In this document: one piece after another, positions 23,021 through 36,415 of the stretch
Layout: each line of letters begins with the position of its first letter
How positions within the stretch are numbered: position 1 is the first letter of the stretch
Origin: Octopus bimaculoides
Taxonomy: Eukaryota
Direction of reading: 5' to 3'
NCBI RefSeq assembly: GCF_001194135.2
Contig: NC_068984.1
Location: 67,018,733 to 67,082,732, forward strand
DNA length: 64,000 nt
Notes under the pieces: model-generated
What the model saw: the letters and a program-made list of their open reading frames with translations, nothing else
Told to the model about the DNA's origin: nothing
Databases searched by the model: none
Position numbers and translations under genes: made by a program

Positions 23021-24932
23021 TTTTTATTTAGAGGAAATTACATAAGTCTGAAAACCGAAAGATGTTTTGCACAATATAGTTACATACTAAAGGCTCAACA
23101 GAAGTACCAGATGGGCATAAAAAGAATGCTTTCGATCATAAGTCTGCTCAGTCATCACCTGACTCCGGGCTAAACAACAATAAAAACACGAGGGCAATTG
23201 TAAAAGCGACCAGGAACATTCATTGAGTTGCTGTATTAAGTATTGAATAAATCTCCCACATGACTGAACTGCAGGTAATCCTGTGATTAGCTGACGTCCT
23301 ATCTGCTCGGTGACTTGTCTCTTATCGACTTAATGTCTTAGGAAATGAAGATGAGTTCTTGTTCTGTAGATCTCAACGCTCCACGAAAGGACAGAAATAA
23401 ACACAATACTAAATATATTTTATTGTGTTTTAACGGTGAACGGAAAGGGAGAGAAAAATGAGTTACTGAAAAGGTCACAATTTAAGTTTGGAAAAAATTT
23501 TAGAGGAATGATTGTTGCATTTCATTTACGTGCCATAAATGGTGGTTTGAAATTTTGGCAAAAGGTCAGTAAGTTCGGGAGTAAGTCGATTACATTGACC
23601 CCAGTGCTCAGTTGCTACTTCAGACCTCGGTGAAATTTGAACTCAGAATGTAAAGATGGTCGAAATGCCGCTAAGCATTCTGTCCGCTCACCGCTTTCCT
23701 TACCATAAATAATCTTTTATCTTCTTCAGTCATTGGACAACTGTCATGCAGTGACTCTTGGCTGAATCGCTGNNNNNNNNNNNNNNNNNNNNNNNNNNNN
23801 NNNNNNNNNNNATACGACGGACATTTTTCAGTTTCCACCAACTAAACTCACTCACAAGGCTTGGTTGACTTGGAGCAGAAGATCACAACTATGTCACGAA
23901 TCTGCGCTGGATGTGTAAAAGAAAAAGCACCCCGATTTATGTAATATCTCAAGTATAACAATAAAACGAACGAAAAAATTAAATCACTTATTGGATGTTT
24001 TTCCTAATCTTCTCCCTGTGACTACTTTTTGTACCCAACCTTTTTTTGTTTTACCTGTGACTGTTTTTCCCTATATGTATTTTACGAAGTTTATTTCTGT
24101 CTTGGGCATCGTACAAAACAACTCTACTTCAATTTCGTTGTTTTGAAATTAATAAACAAACAGTGTAATATCTTTTCTATTAAAATATTGCACCGTTTGT
24201 TCAATATCTTAAAGGTACAAGGCCTGGAATTGTTGGAGGAAACGAGTCGATTTCATCGATTCTTGAACATGACTGTTACTTATTTTATCGACACTGAAAT
24301 GCAAAGTCAACCTCGACGTAATTTGAAATCGGGAGGAAAAGCCGGAAAAAATGCCGCAAGTAATTTTTGTCCGGTGTGCTAACGGTTCTGCTGGTTCGCC
24401 GCCCTAACTAACGATGCAGTATAAATCTGACAGACAGTCTTTGTATAAACCTTAATGACTGAAATAATGTTTGTTCGACTTAAGAGCCTATACACACGGC
24501 TGTTCAATCTAAAAGAACATTTTGGCAAATTTCTCTCGTATAAACAACATAGTGTCTAAAATAAAATACTGAAAAGGTATCTTGAATTTAGTTTTAATTA
24601 CTAATGTGCATGAGGTAGAAAAAGTTAGATGGTTACAGGATACTTCTGGATCGGAGATGACTTGTGGGTTAACAGTAGTGAACCAATGAGTTAGCGTTAT
24701 TAGAAAAAAATGACACTGACGGTCCCAAGAAAAAGAAGAGGCGAGCTAAGATGGAGTTCATATAATATTCTACGTATAAATATTCTACGTATAAATATCT
24801 CATAATATCGTCAGTATCATACATGATATATATATATTATTAGTATATACGTTGTACATGATATGCTATGTTCTACCAGAATCTTGGCAATCACTATGAT
24901 AGAGTGGAAGTGGTTGTCTTGGAGGAAAGCGT

Positions 24933-24968
<36 letters not shown>

Positions 24969-26295
24969 CTGGGCGGGGCAAAGAGGAGCACAGAGGAAAA
25001 GAGTGGAATCATACGCAATTTGTACCGCTACTTTGCTTTATTGAAGACTGAAGGATTAAAAGCCAAGTCGACCTCGGTCGAAATCGAATTCAGAACGCAA
25101 AGAACCGCAAGAAATTCTGCACGGCATTTGTCCAATGTGCTAACGGTTCTGTCGATCGACAAGCTATACGTAATACAGTGAGTCAAAAAACTTCGATTAA
25201 TTAAAATTATGCGAGCAATTAGGAGACAAATACTTTCTCTAGAGGTATTTATAGGTTATTTATATATATATATATATATATNNNNNNNNNNNNNNNNNNN
25301 NNNNNNNNNNNNNNNNNNNNNNNNNNNNNNNNNNNNNNNNNNNNNNNNNNNNNNNNNNNNNNNNNNNNNNNNNNNNNNNNNNNNNNNNNNNNNNNNNNNN
25401 NNNNNNNNNNNNNNNNNNNNNNNNNNNNNNNNNNNNNNNNNNNNNNNNNNNNNNNNNNNNNNNNNNNNNNNNNNNNNNNNNNNNNNNNNNNNNNNNNNNN
25501 NNNNNNNNNNNNNNNNNNNNNNNNNNNNNNNNNNNNNNNNNNNNNNNNNNNNNNNNNNNNNNNNNNNNNNNNNNNNNNNTATATATAAATATAAAACTCA
25601 CCACAAGTAAGGGAGATAACCTCTGTAAGATCAGTTGATCGAATTGCTTTTCGTTTGGATAATATAGACAATATAATTTGGAGTGGATCTCGACTTTGAA
25701 GCCAATCGGTGAAAGCAACGGATGTTTTTTCCTTTTTGATACATTCAATAAAGATAATTTTAGGAAGTTGTTACTAAGGAAATGATTACCAGAATTAACC
25801 TAATTTTCCGTATATTTTTGATATTTGATTTGATGTGAAACTATGTTGAAACAGACATTTATATATTTTGTAACAAAGCAATCGACATTTACAGACTTGC
25901 TTATCAACCGTGAAAAATCATAAAACTAAAAGTATTTTGGTAGAGACATAATTGTTTGTTTGTTTGTTTGCTAGTAAAACTGGCAATTATGAAATAGTGA
26001 ACTACTCACAGGAAGACCAGTGACAAAAGGATTGATCATAATAGCTATGTGTTTATACATATGATAGCTGTGTGCTTAAGATGTTCACTTCTCACTCATG
26101 TGGTTCTAGGTTCGATCCATTTTCGAAGTGACTTGAATAAATATCTTTCCATCTAGCTTTGGGACGATCTAAGCTTTGTGAATAAAATTGGGTGGTTAGA
26201 AATTATGCGGGAGCCCTTCGGGTGGACATTATCTGTTCTTGTGTGATAGTCTGAACCAATTAGCCTATTTATTACAGTTATTTGGTCCGCGAGTG

Positions 26296-26337
26296 TTGCA
26301 ACCATCCTATTGCAACCATTCTGTTGCAACCATTCTA
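26296..26337. repeat. 3 copies of a 14-bp tandem repeat, TTGCAACCAT(C/T)CT(A/G)
   Basis: Read directly from the sequence. Confidence 0.9.
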
Positions 26338-26451
26338 TTTAGGTATTCGGCCTGAAGATAAGTTGATCTTTGGTTGCGCCGCATCTTGTCAGTTTCAGAA
26401 GTCTTAAAAAAATTCAGGTGGGCTCCCTTTTCCTCTTTACTTTGCCTAACC

Positions 26452-26809
26452 CAGTGTTTCCCAACCTATTTCCACCCCCGGGCCCACTATAACTTTCCAG
26501 AAAATATATGCCCTACCAGTGACATACGTAAAAATATTAATAATTTATACTTTCCTTAAAGAAATATCCATACTAGGGCATTAGAATAGCAATATACTGT
26601 AGCAGTCTTCATACAATATACTTGTCTGGAGGGATTGGCTTGGCTAGGCTGAATATAGGTGTAGTATGTTTGTCGCGAGAAAAAAGATTTTCACAATTCT
26701 GTCCCACTAAAAAAAAAAAACAAAAAAGAAAAAGTTTTGGATCTTACGCCCCATCACAATTTTCCCAGGACCCATCGGTGGTGCGAATGTCCCACGCTGG
26801 GAATCACAG
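26452..26809. mobile_element. hAT-type non-autonomous element (MITE)
   Basis: Left TIR CAGTGTTTCCCAACC; right TIR reverse complement CTGTGATTCCCAGCG. Flanking 8-bp TSD GCCTAACC (26444-26451) / GTCTAACC (26810-26817) matches 7/8. Confidence 0.75.
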
Positions 26810-27947
26810 GTCTAACCCATGGGAAAGAAGAAAAAAATAATGTAAGGCAAGTTTTTTGCGATCACTACGGAACGAAGCCTTTCCGATAACAGCAATCAGC
26901 TGATAGCAATAACAAACGAATAACATCAAGCGAATAAAGAGATCAGGGCCCACTAATTTTGATTATAATAACCGGGTGATAAAGCATCCATGCTTATAAT
27001 GAGCAGGATTCAATATAATACGGATTTTTGATATTGAAACACTGCTACAAGTTTTTGCCAATTGCTAAACATTTCTCAACATCTTCATTGTACATTGCAA
27101 GATTAGTAGAATGGCATGGTTCTTGTATCACAAGACACTTTAGATAATGTAGTCCAAGATGCATCATGTCTAGAGAAAAGAGATAGGGTACTCGCGGTTA
27201 GAGTACTTTTGATGACAGGTTTTATCGAATAAGGTTGGTCTTGATTTAGAGTTAAGCAACATCAGGCTAAAATTAAACCAAACTGGAAGCCACTGGAAGA
27301 GTTGCTCTACCTGCTAGAAGTAGCAGGCAAATCTCCGCCCTTTCCTATATATATTTTTTAAATAGGACGCATTAGCTAATTTAGTCGACAGCTTGGACAA
27401 AAATAGATGAGATGGTCACGGTTGGAATGTCTTTGTTAATAATTCTGCTCCATCAAAGTTGATCAAGATCTGGCGTTAAGGTACAACAAAAAAACACGAA
27501 TTGTAAGAAGTAGATAATTAAGAATAATTATGATTCTGTGTTTATTAATTGGCACATAGACAAATCAACGAATATCTCGCAGCAAAACAACAATAATAAT
27601 TTAATAGCAATTTTAAAAGAATTCTATTGTGTGTACTGCGAGTGCATTGTGTGTTTGATGTGTGTGTGTGTGCATGCGTGTGTTGTTGTTTAGCTCCAGT
27701 CATGATCATCTCGCATTGCTGTACATTTAGCCACATTTTTTTTATTTGCAATATATATTTCAATTCAGTCCTATTTAAGGTCCTTTTAAAATGATTTTAA
27801 ATCCAATGCTTCTTAAAAGAACATACGGTAATATTTGAAATAGATTTGACTGCTATCTCTCTCAGATTGAGCGACCACATCGATGATTCCTTCTTGGCTC
27901 AGTCTATTTTCAGAGTTTTATCATGGCTACCGAATAAGTGACACATA

Positions 27948-27993
<46 letters not shown>

Positions 27994-28964
27994 AAGCACG
28001 ATTTATTCGTGATCAGGGGTGCTCGAAAACTGAAGTACTACTGCATTTGTCTATTGGTGGGTCAGAAGATCGGGTTTCATTTTGATAGACAATTTGCTAT
28101 ATCACTTTGCAATACTGAGCTCATAAACTCTTGGAACACCTACAGCTATATTTTTAAACTATTTTATCCGGATGAAGGAGTTGTCACACTGCGTCCGCAG
28201 GTTTTCTAAGAACAAGGAGAATGGCACGACATTTGCAGGAAAAACATGGACAGAGAAGGAATAGAAGGTGGATGCCATTTCGGGGCGGAAAGGCTGAGAA
28301 TAGAGTTAGTTTGGAGTCCATACAGAGACGAAATAAAGGTGAAGAAAGGATGAGAGAAGAGTGAAATAAGTCGAAAAAGAATCAGATGTCACGTGACTAG
28401 CTAACTCCGACAATCCGTGTCCACTGCAGTAAGTGTAGAAAAGACAGGACGAGGAGACAGCACGTCTATTAACAGTGCTTAGCATTTGTTGGCGAGCAAC
28501 GTCATGTCAATCACTTTAGGAGGAACTGAAACCGATTAGATTGGTCATAAGCTTGTAAGTGCATCTAATGACAAAAATACAGAGTTTACTCTAATGGACA
28601 ATCACCAGAAAATAGACTAATACTAATTGATCGATTCGATTTATGAATCTATCTGTCTTTCTGGCTGTCTATATATAAAATATGAAAACTTCCAACATTT
28701 TATGTGATTAGGTGGAGACAAAGCACTGAAGCTCGTTATTCAGGATTTAATACAAACCTACGACAGATTTAACATTTATTGTTATTGTTGCTATTTAGCC
28801 ACAAGTCGGTTCTGATAAGGTATAACTATGGCTATACATATTCCAGCCGCAACCGCCTCTTACTGAACACAAATTTTTAGGCGTATCTGACTGGAAAAGG
28901 CATGTGGTTTGCTTTGTTGCCTTTAGTAGAGGTACTTCCTTCGCAAGCATTTGGGTTAAATTTC

Positions 28965-29204
28965 TGGTGTGTGTTGGCACTCCGTCGCTTACGGCGTCGA
29001 GAGTTCCAGTCGATCCGATCAACGGAACAGCCTGCTCGTGAAATTAACGTGCAAGTGGCTGAGCACTCCACAGACACGTATACCCTTAACGTAGTTCTCG
29101 GGGATATTCAGCGTGACACAGTGTGACAAGGCTGACCCTTTGAATTACAGGCACAACAGAAACAGGAAGTAAGAGTGAGAGAAAGTTGTGGTGGAAAAGT
29201 ACAG
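28965..29204 (-). mobile_element. SINE family C core and 3' part, running into a gap
   Basis: Reverse complement of 38870-39050. Confidence 0.8.
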
Positions 29205-30271
29205 NNNNNNNNNNNNNNNNNNNNNNNNNNNNNNNNNNNNNNNNNNNNNNNNNNNNNNNNNNNNNNNNNNNNNNNNNNNNNNNNNNNNNNNNNNNNNNNN
29301 NNNNNNNNNNNNNNNNNNNNNNNNNNNNNNNNNNNNNNNNNNNNNNNNNNNNNNNNNNNNNNNNNNNNNNNNNNNNNNNNNNNNNNNNNNNNNNNNNNNN
29401 NNNNNNNNNNNNNNNNNNNNNNNNNNNNNNNNNNNNNNNNNNNNNNNNNNNNNNNNNNNNNNNNNNNNNNNNNNNNNNNNNNNNNNNNNNNNNNNNNNNN
29501 NNNNNNNNNNNNNNNNNNNNNNNNNNNNNNNNNNNNNNNNNNNNNNNNNNNNNNNNNNNNNNNNNNNNNNNNNNNNNNNNNNNNNNNNNNNNNNNNNNNN
29601 NNNNNNNNNNNNNNNNNNNNNNNNNNNNNNNNNNNNNNNNNNNNNNNNNNNNNNNNNNNNNNNNNNNNNNNNNNNNNNNNNNNNNNNNNNNNNNNNNNNN
29701 NNNNNNNNNNNNNNNNNNNNNNNNNNNNNNNNNNNNNNNNNNNNNNNNNNNNNNNNNNNNNNNNNNNNNNNNNNNNNNNNNNNNNNNNNNNNNNNNNNNN
29801 NNNNNNNNNNNNNNNNNNNNNNNNNNNNNNNNNNNNNNNNNNNNNNNNNNNNNNNNNNNNNNNNNNNNNNNNNNNNNNNNNNNNNNNNNNNNNNNNNNNN
29901 NNNNNNNNNNNNNNNNNNNNNNNNNNNNNNNNNNNNNNNNNNNNNNNNNNNNNNNNNNNNNNNNNNNNNNNNNNNNNNNNNNNNNNNNNNNNNNNNNNNN
30001 NNNNNNNNNNNNNNNNNNNNNNNNNNNNNNNNNNNNNNNNNNNNNNNNNNNNNNNNNNNNNNNNNNNNNNNNNNNNNNNNNNNNNNNNNNNNNNNNNNNN
30101 NNNNNNNNNNNNNNNNNAAAAATTACATGTAGGTGTTACTGAATGTATCTTTCCTTCATTTATGTGGAAGTGAGTAATTTGAATGAAATCGGTTGTAGTC
30201 GAAGCAGGTCACTGGCTATATTTGAAGTACCGTAAGTGGGTTGGGTGGATGGAATTCTCGTGTATTAATGA

Positions 30272-30482
30272 TTTCAAATTTTGCCACGAGGGCAGTAACT
30301 TTTGGGGAGGGGATGAATCGATTACATCGACCCCAGTGTTCAACTGGTACTTATTCTATCGACCCCTAAAGGATGAAAAGTAAAGTCGACCTCGGCGGAA
30401 TTTGAACTCAGAACGTTGCAGCAGGTGAAATACCGCTAAGCATTTCGTCCAGCGCGCTAACGATTCTGCCAGCTCACCGCCT
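30272..30482 (-). mobile_element. SINE family B (B3 tail)
   Basis: Shared B body. Other B copies lie at about 11120-11325, 11428-11570, 12990-13110, 23545-23700, 24215-24405, 25040-25150, 32660-32820, 43880-44050, 46880-47085 and 50722-50935. Confidence 0.85.
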
Positions 30483-31489
30483 TATTCTCGTGTATTAATG
30501 ATAACATTCATTGCTCAGGCCCTGAAAGTCACGATAATACGTTCAAATAGATGTTTTATTGTTGTTGTGTAGTTTCAGGTCATCTCTGATATCGAGTAGA
30601 CATAAAGCATGCAGATTGTCCTGCAGGAAATTAAATGTGATCCCCACAGCATGCATTCAAGACATTTCATACCACTATCCAGGGTATAGAATCCTGTAAA
30701 ATGAGAACGCGAGCATTTTCTGAGATTCCAGGAAATTTCTAGGCCCGTTTACAATGTATCCGTTGTGCTCCTCTCATAGACGCCCGCCTCTGCTTAGCTG
30801 ACAGCATGCAGTTCTAGTTGCTTTGAATAGAAGGTTTTTTTAAAATCAGAATATGTCGAATACCCTCAGCTGGCAACCAATCTATTTTGTACGCCTGTCT
30901 ATTCTGGATGAATATATTGGATTACACTATGGATGTCTGTACAGGATGTGTTTAACAAGGAATGAAACGTTCTGCGCTTAAGATCATAGTTTTAAATCAG
31001 AGTAAGGACAGTTTCAAGAATGATGTTCACTACAATAATTGATAATTCTAGCCCGATACAGAGCACTGAAGAGATTTCGTATTTTCTTTTCTAGATTGTA
31101 ATAAAGACTGAAATTAGCAACTTAAAACTAACAAAACAGTTGTTAGTTATACAATGTTCACACTGTTTACAATTAGTTGAACTGAACCAACGAGAATAAA
31201 ATGTTTTAACCAAGAAGACAAATTAGTGCCGATGGTGTGATATAAACTGTTGAATCACCGCCAACTGATTACCCAACTGTCCAACACTGTTTTCATACAG
31301 ACAATTGACAATACATCAGTCTGTCTCCATTCAAAAGTCGATAGTCTAGCAACCATTAATTTAGTTACTTGTATTAGCTAATTATATTTTTTAATTGTGC
31401 AAATTATACTGGCAAAAAATTATTCCTAATTCTTTTTTCTTTGTGTAAACATTTTTGTCAACTGATCAGGAAAGTTTGAATAGACGATA

Positions 31490-31529
31490 CTATGCTGATG
31501 AGTTTTAATCGACTGAAACATACCCATAG
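31490..31529 (+). ncRNA. Decayed hammerhead-like motif
   Basis: ctatg CTGATGA gtt ttaatc gac t GAAA C ATA cc catag. CATA could be a deaminated CGTA, and ctatg/catag can pair with a 2-nt offset. Confidence 0.4.
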
Positions 31530-33606
31530 GTGTTTTTTCCTGCAAGCAAAGATTAAATGTTCTTCTCCTTATGATAATTAGCTTTGAAAGATTAACTCTC
31601 AATTTCTTGGTATTACCTGAAATTTGAAACCAAATCTATCCGCTTTTTGCTTGTCAAAACAAGCGGGAAATCTTTTCCACACCAGATAATTGACGAGGAA
31701 GCACTTGATCCCTAAGGACCTGTGCTGGTCAAGGAAAGTCCTTTGTTTAGGGTTCGATATACATTACTGACCATATCTTTATAACAGAACAGTTCTTGTC
31801 TCTTTCTCTTTTGTGTGAATCAAAGCAAAGAGCAACACGCTCTTTTGCGTCAGCCATGACCAAGAGCAGCACTTTTCTTTCGGCCGCAAGAAAGACAATG
31901 CCACATTTATTCTTTCTAGTTAGCACCGCACATTCCTTACTCTTTCACTCTCTGCTGACAGACAACTTTTTTCTACATTATCAGCTACTAACCAGCGAGC
32001 CAACCACTTAAATTGCTGCTGTATCTGACTACTTGTCGGGCAAACGAATAAATATATGTAAATAATATTTCTTCCTTCTTGGTGTCGATTCTTCGTTGTT
32101 CACTGGTTACTCCGACGCGAGAACCTTTAAGCGTTACATCCACACGCTACATTCGGTAGTGGGCTACATCATATCGACATGATATCACATCTTTCATCCA
32201 GCCCGCTACAAGTTCCTAACAGTTATTGTTAGTTCTTTTTTTTTTTCGTTTCTTTAATTTTTAAGGAAGAACATTAAAAAATTATGACTGTTTTGTGCAT
32301 GAAACTCAGACTCACTAACTTAAACCTCTGTTCCGCTAACTTGATAAGATAAATACCAGTTGAGCACTGGGATCGATCCCCTGGCCTTTTGCCAGAATTT
32401 GAAATCAATATGTGATAATCTGGCAATTCACTGACATGTTTAAGAGTTTAGTTGAATTGAAATCAGTTTATTACTGGGATTTATGTTATCTACCACGTAA
32501 AAGCGAAAAGCAAACAGGACTTCAGAAAAAGTTTGAATACGTCATATAGAAGACAGGAAATAAATTATATTAAGCATTTGGACCCGCAATCTACCATCAT
32601 GTCAGTTCACTAATCTTCATTTCTTACGTTAATGTAAGTCCTCTAAGTTTAATGGAAGTGTGAAGTGGATTAGACTAACTCCAGTACTTGACTGATACTT
32701 ATTTTATCGATCAGGGCAGGATAAAATACAATATCGATTCTCAGCGTGATTTGAACTCGTAATATAAACGAACGTAACTAGATCCCCCTTATGACATTTT
32801 GTCCGGCATGTGATGTGATCAGATAGATAGTAATAAAAATAGAGAGAAAAAAAAAAAAAAAAAAGAGAAAAAATATCCTACGAACCATAGATTTAAAGAA
32901 AATGGCTCATTGAAAGAATTAGAAGACATCGAATGAAACAGCTTCAGTCATTGGATAATTTGGTTTTTACTACTTGAATAGCTGAGATGAGAGTTAAAAA
33001 GAAATATATATATATAAAAAAAACTAATAAAAGAAAAAGAAAAGGGAAAGAGGAAAGTGTTAAGCTCTTTAACCTTCTCATCGGTAAATAATCACTTCAC
33101 TATACCTTTAATGGAAAAAATACTGGAACTAATGTTTAATGCAACGTTAGTTATATTTAAAAGAAAGAATTTAGTGTGTACGTGTATGGGGTTGGTGGTG
33201 TCGGTGTTGGAAACGGTAGTGTTGATGGTAGGGGCGTGGGTTACGGTGGCGATGGTGTTTCAGAACTGCTGCTTTTGATTGATACGTAAATCACCTGAGG
33301 AATTTAAAGTATTTAGTTAAATGGACCAGTAATAATAACGTACCAAACATAATCTAACACCTGAAGAATAAATACCACCACCACCACCATTTTTAGCTAC
33401 AACAACAGTAACAACGACTACGGAACAAGAACAACAACATAACACATAATATAAGTAAATAACAAAATGAAAGAAAAAAACCCCACAAAAACCCCACAAA
33501 ACAAGTAAATGGTTCATGAACGATGAATACGGTGTATATTCTATATTCTGTATAACGGGTCTTAGAAGAATACTTAGATTGAAGATCAGTCGAAAATATC
33601 TAAAGT

Positions 33607-33662
<56 letters not shown>

Positions 33663-36044
33663 GAAGGACAATTGACCATCTTGGCAATGCATCATTAAGC
33701 CTTGTAAACCTTCCAGTGTCCATTCCTTTAATGTTTCTGGCACTAACTCTTTCAGTTCAACTAAAGGGTAAATGAGAAAAATGTTGCACAAAGTTGCGAT
33801 ATTGATTCCTTTTGACTGGACACACGAGGTGAATTTCTGCTGTGAGCTGGAGTTTAAGAGATTTGGATTTATCTCAGTGTATTACGGGTATTTAAATCTA
33901 TTGGCGACGAAGTAATAAAACAGTGTTTCTGAAACATTTCTTTTTTTTTACCTATAGACCCCTTTGATTTCTATTTTACTCAGATGGACCCTCCTAGCCA
34001 TTCGATGTTAAAAAAAATTTCTATTATATTTAAAAAATTAAACACGAGGAAATGTATAACAAAAAGCTATCATGGGATTGCTCCTAGAAAGTTACCCCAT
34101 AAGTCCAGGCAAGGTTATTTATGGAAGACCAGCAGTCGCCCATGCATACCAGCCTCCTTTCTCCATGTCACATGACGTCGCAACTCATTTCTACAGCTGA
34201 GAGAACTGGAGAATGTGAAATAAAGTGTTTTACTCAATAACACATCATACAGCCCGGTCCAGGAATCGAACTCAATACCTCATGATTGACGCTCTAACTA
34301 CTGAGCCATGCGTCTTGTAGAAATATAACCAATTTAAACTATAACAACCCTAATTCTAACACCCTTTACAGGTGTGCGTATTCTTTACTTTCGCCTATAC
34401 ACACACACACACACNNNNNNNNNNNNNNNNNNNNNNNNNNNNNNNNNNNNNNNNNNNNNNNNNNNNNNNNNNNNNNNNNNNNNNNNNNNNNNNNNNNNNN
34501 NNNNNNNNNNNNNNCACACAGACACACACACGCAAACACACATATATACATATATATATATATACACACACGATGGGCTTCTCCACTGTTTCTCTCTGCG
34601 AAATCCACCCAGCATACCTTGGTCAGTCCGTGGCTATAGTAGCAGGCATTTGCTGAAGTAAGTGCGCGTTGGGACTGAACCTGACATCACACGTTTGCGA
34701 AGCGAGGCGCACTGTTATACAGAAATTTATTTGTTACCGCATACAGAATCGCATGCACGCGCATGTAATTATCTATCGGCTTCTTTAATGGTCTATATAT
34801 GTTTGGCACAAAAACCTGTAAACAAATATCTCTTCATCCCTGCTTGCATGTATGTGTGTGTTCGGGTGTGTCTATAAGCATGCATATACATATATGCATA
34901 TATACTTTCATATATATATGTACGCGTTTCTGTGAGTGTATGTGCTTACATGCTATGTTTTCTTAACAATGCAGAACGCTGATTGTTGCCATAGAAACGG
35001 CAGTTCTTGTCTTCTTGTTATTTTTTTCAGTGTTCAAAGAAATCAGGTATTTTATTCGCAATTGGAGGCGGTGGTGGGGATGGATATACAGAAGAACTGG
35101 TAAATAATATAGGATTATTAAAAGAATACCAGCTAACAGAATCAGCGCTAACGCAATGCCTAGTTTTTGAGATGCATTGTTATTCACAAACAATAATAGT
35201 AGCAGTATTTTACCGAACACATTCAGTACTCACAGCTAATATTGATTTCTTATACAGGTATAAGGCCAGAAATTTTGCATAAGAGGTGAACAAGATTATG
35301 TTCGTTTATTTTCTGAAATTCTCTTCGCTATCAGATGAGGAGATTTGCTCGAATTACTAAATATTTCCTTGCCTTAGGGTAACTTAACTTAGTATAATTT
35401 CTTTTGTTTTTACAATACTGACTTATTCTGATGTTGACTATAAACGTCTTGGCAGTTCTGGTGATTATGCTGCGTATTTATATTTTTTCCTACAAAATGC
35501 ACCCTTCCCTCTCACAAAAGGAAAAAAAAACAATAAAAAAAAAATAAGAGGGAGTGGAAAACTAGTATCGGGAATGTACTAAAATGTGCTTCAACCAGGA
35601 TCTGAAAACTTTGGAAACTTGATTTGCCTTCCACATTTTTTCTTTCATTTTACTTGTTGTAACCATGTTGGGTGTGTAANNNNNNNNNNNNNNNNNNNNN
35701 NNNNNNNNNNNNNNNNNNNNNNNNNNNNNNNNNNNNNNNNNNNNNNNNNNNNNNNNNNNNNNNNNNNNNNNNNNNNNNNNNNNNNNNNNNNNNNNNNNNN
35801 NNNNNNNNNNNNNNNNNNNNNNNNNNNNNNNNNNNNNNNNNNNNNNNNNNNNNNNNNNNNNNNNNNNNNNNNNNNNNNNNNNNNNNNNNNNNNNNNNNNN
35901 NNNNNNNNNNNNNNNNNNNNNNNNNNNNNNNNNNNNNNNNNNNNNNNNNNNNNNNNNNNNNNNNNNNNNNNNNNNNNNNNNNNNNNNNNNNNNNNNNNNN
36001 NNNNNNNNNNNNNNNNNNNNNNNNNNNNNNNNNNNNNNNNNNNN

Positions 36045-36233
36045 AAATAGGTATTTCGTCTGCCGTTATGTTATGAGTTCAAATTCCACCGAGGTCGACT
36101 TTGCCTTTCATCCTTTTGGGGTCGATAAATTAAGTACCAGTTATGCACTGGAATCGATGTAATCGACTTAATCCCTTTGTCTACCCTTGTTTGTCCCCTC
36201 TATGTTTAGCTCCTTGTGGGCAATAAAGAAATA
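36045..36233 (+). mobile_element. SINE family B (B1 tail), 5' end in the gap, abutting a SINE A head
   Basis: GAGTTCAAATTCCACCGAGGTCGAC...GTGGGCAATAAAGAAATA followed by AGAAGCTTGC of family A. Confidence 0.85.
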
Positions 36234-36368
36234 AGAAGCTTGCTTTTCGACTACTTGGTTCCAGGTTCAGTAATACTGCGTGGTCCGACAAAATCCTTGT
36301 GAGTGGATTTGCTAGACGAAAACTAAAAGGAGCCCAATATGTATTTATGTATGTATGCACATCCGTAC

Positions 36369-36415
<47 letters not shown>

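Noticed and set aside
22808-23173. Mucin-like Thr/Pro ORF
   Set aside because: It is an alternative reading of a degenerate GAC repeat, with no signal peptide or supporting exons.
31790-32010. Minus-strand WHCLSCGRKKS zinc-ribbon-like peptide suggesting a Merlin/IS1595-like transposase
   Set aside because: Many stops, no catalytic motif and no TIRs identified.
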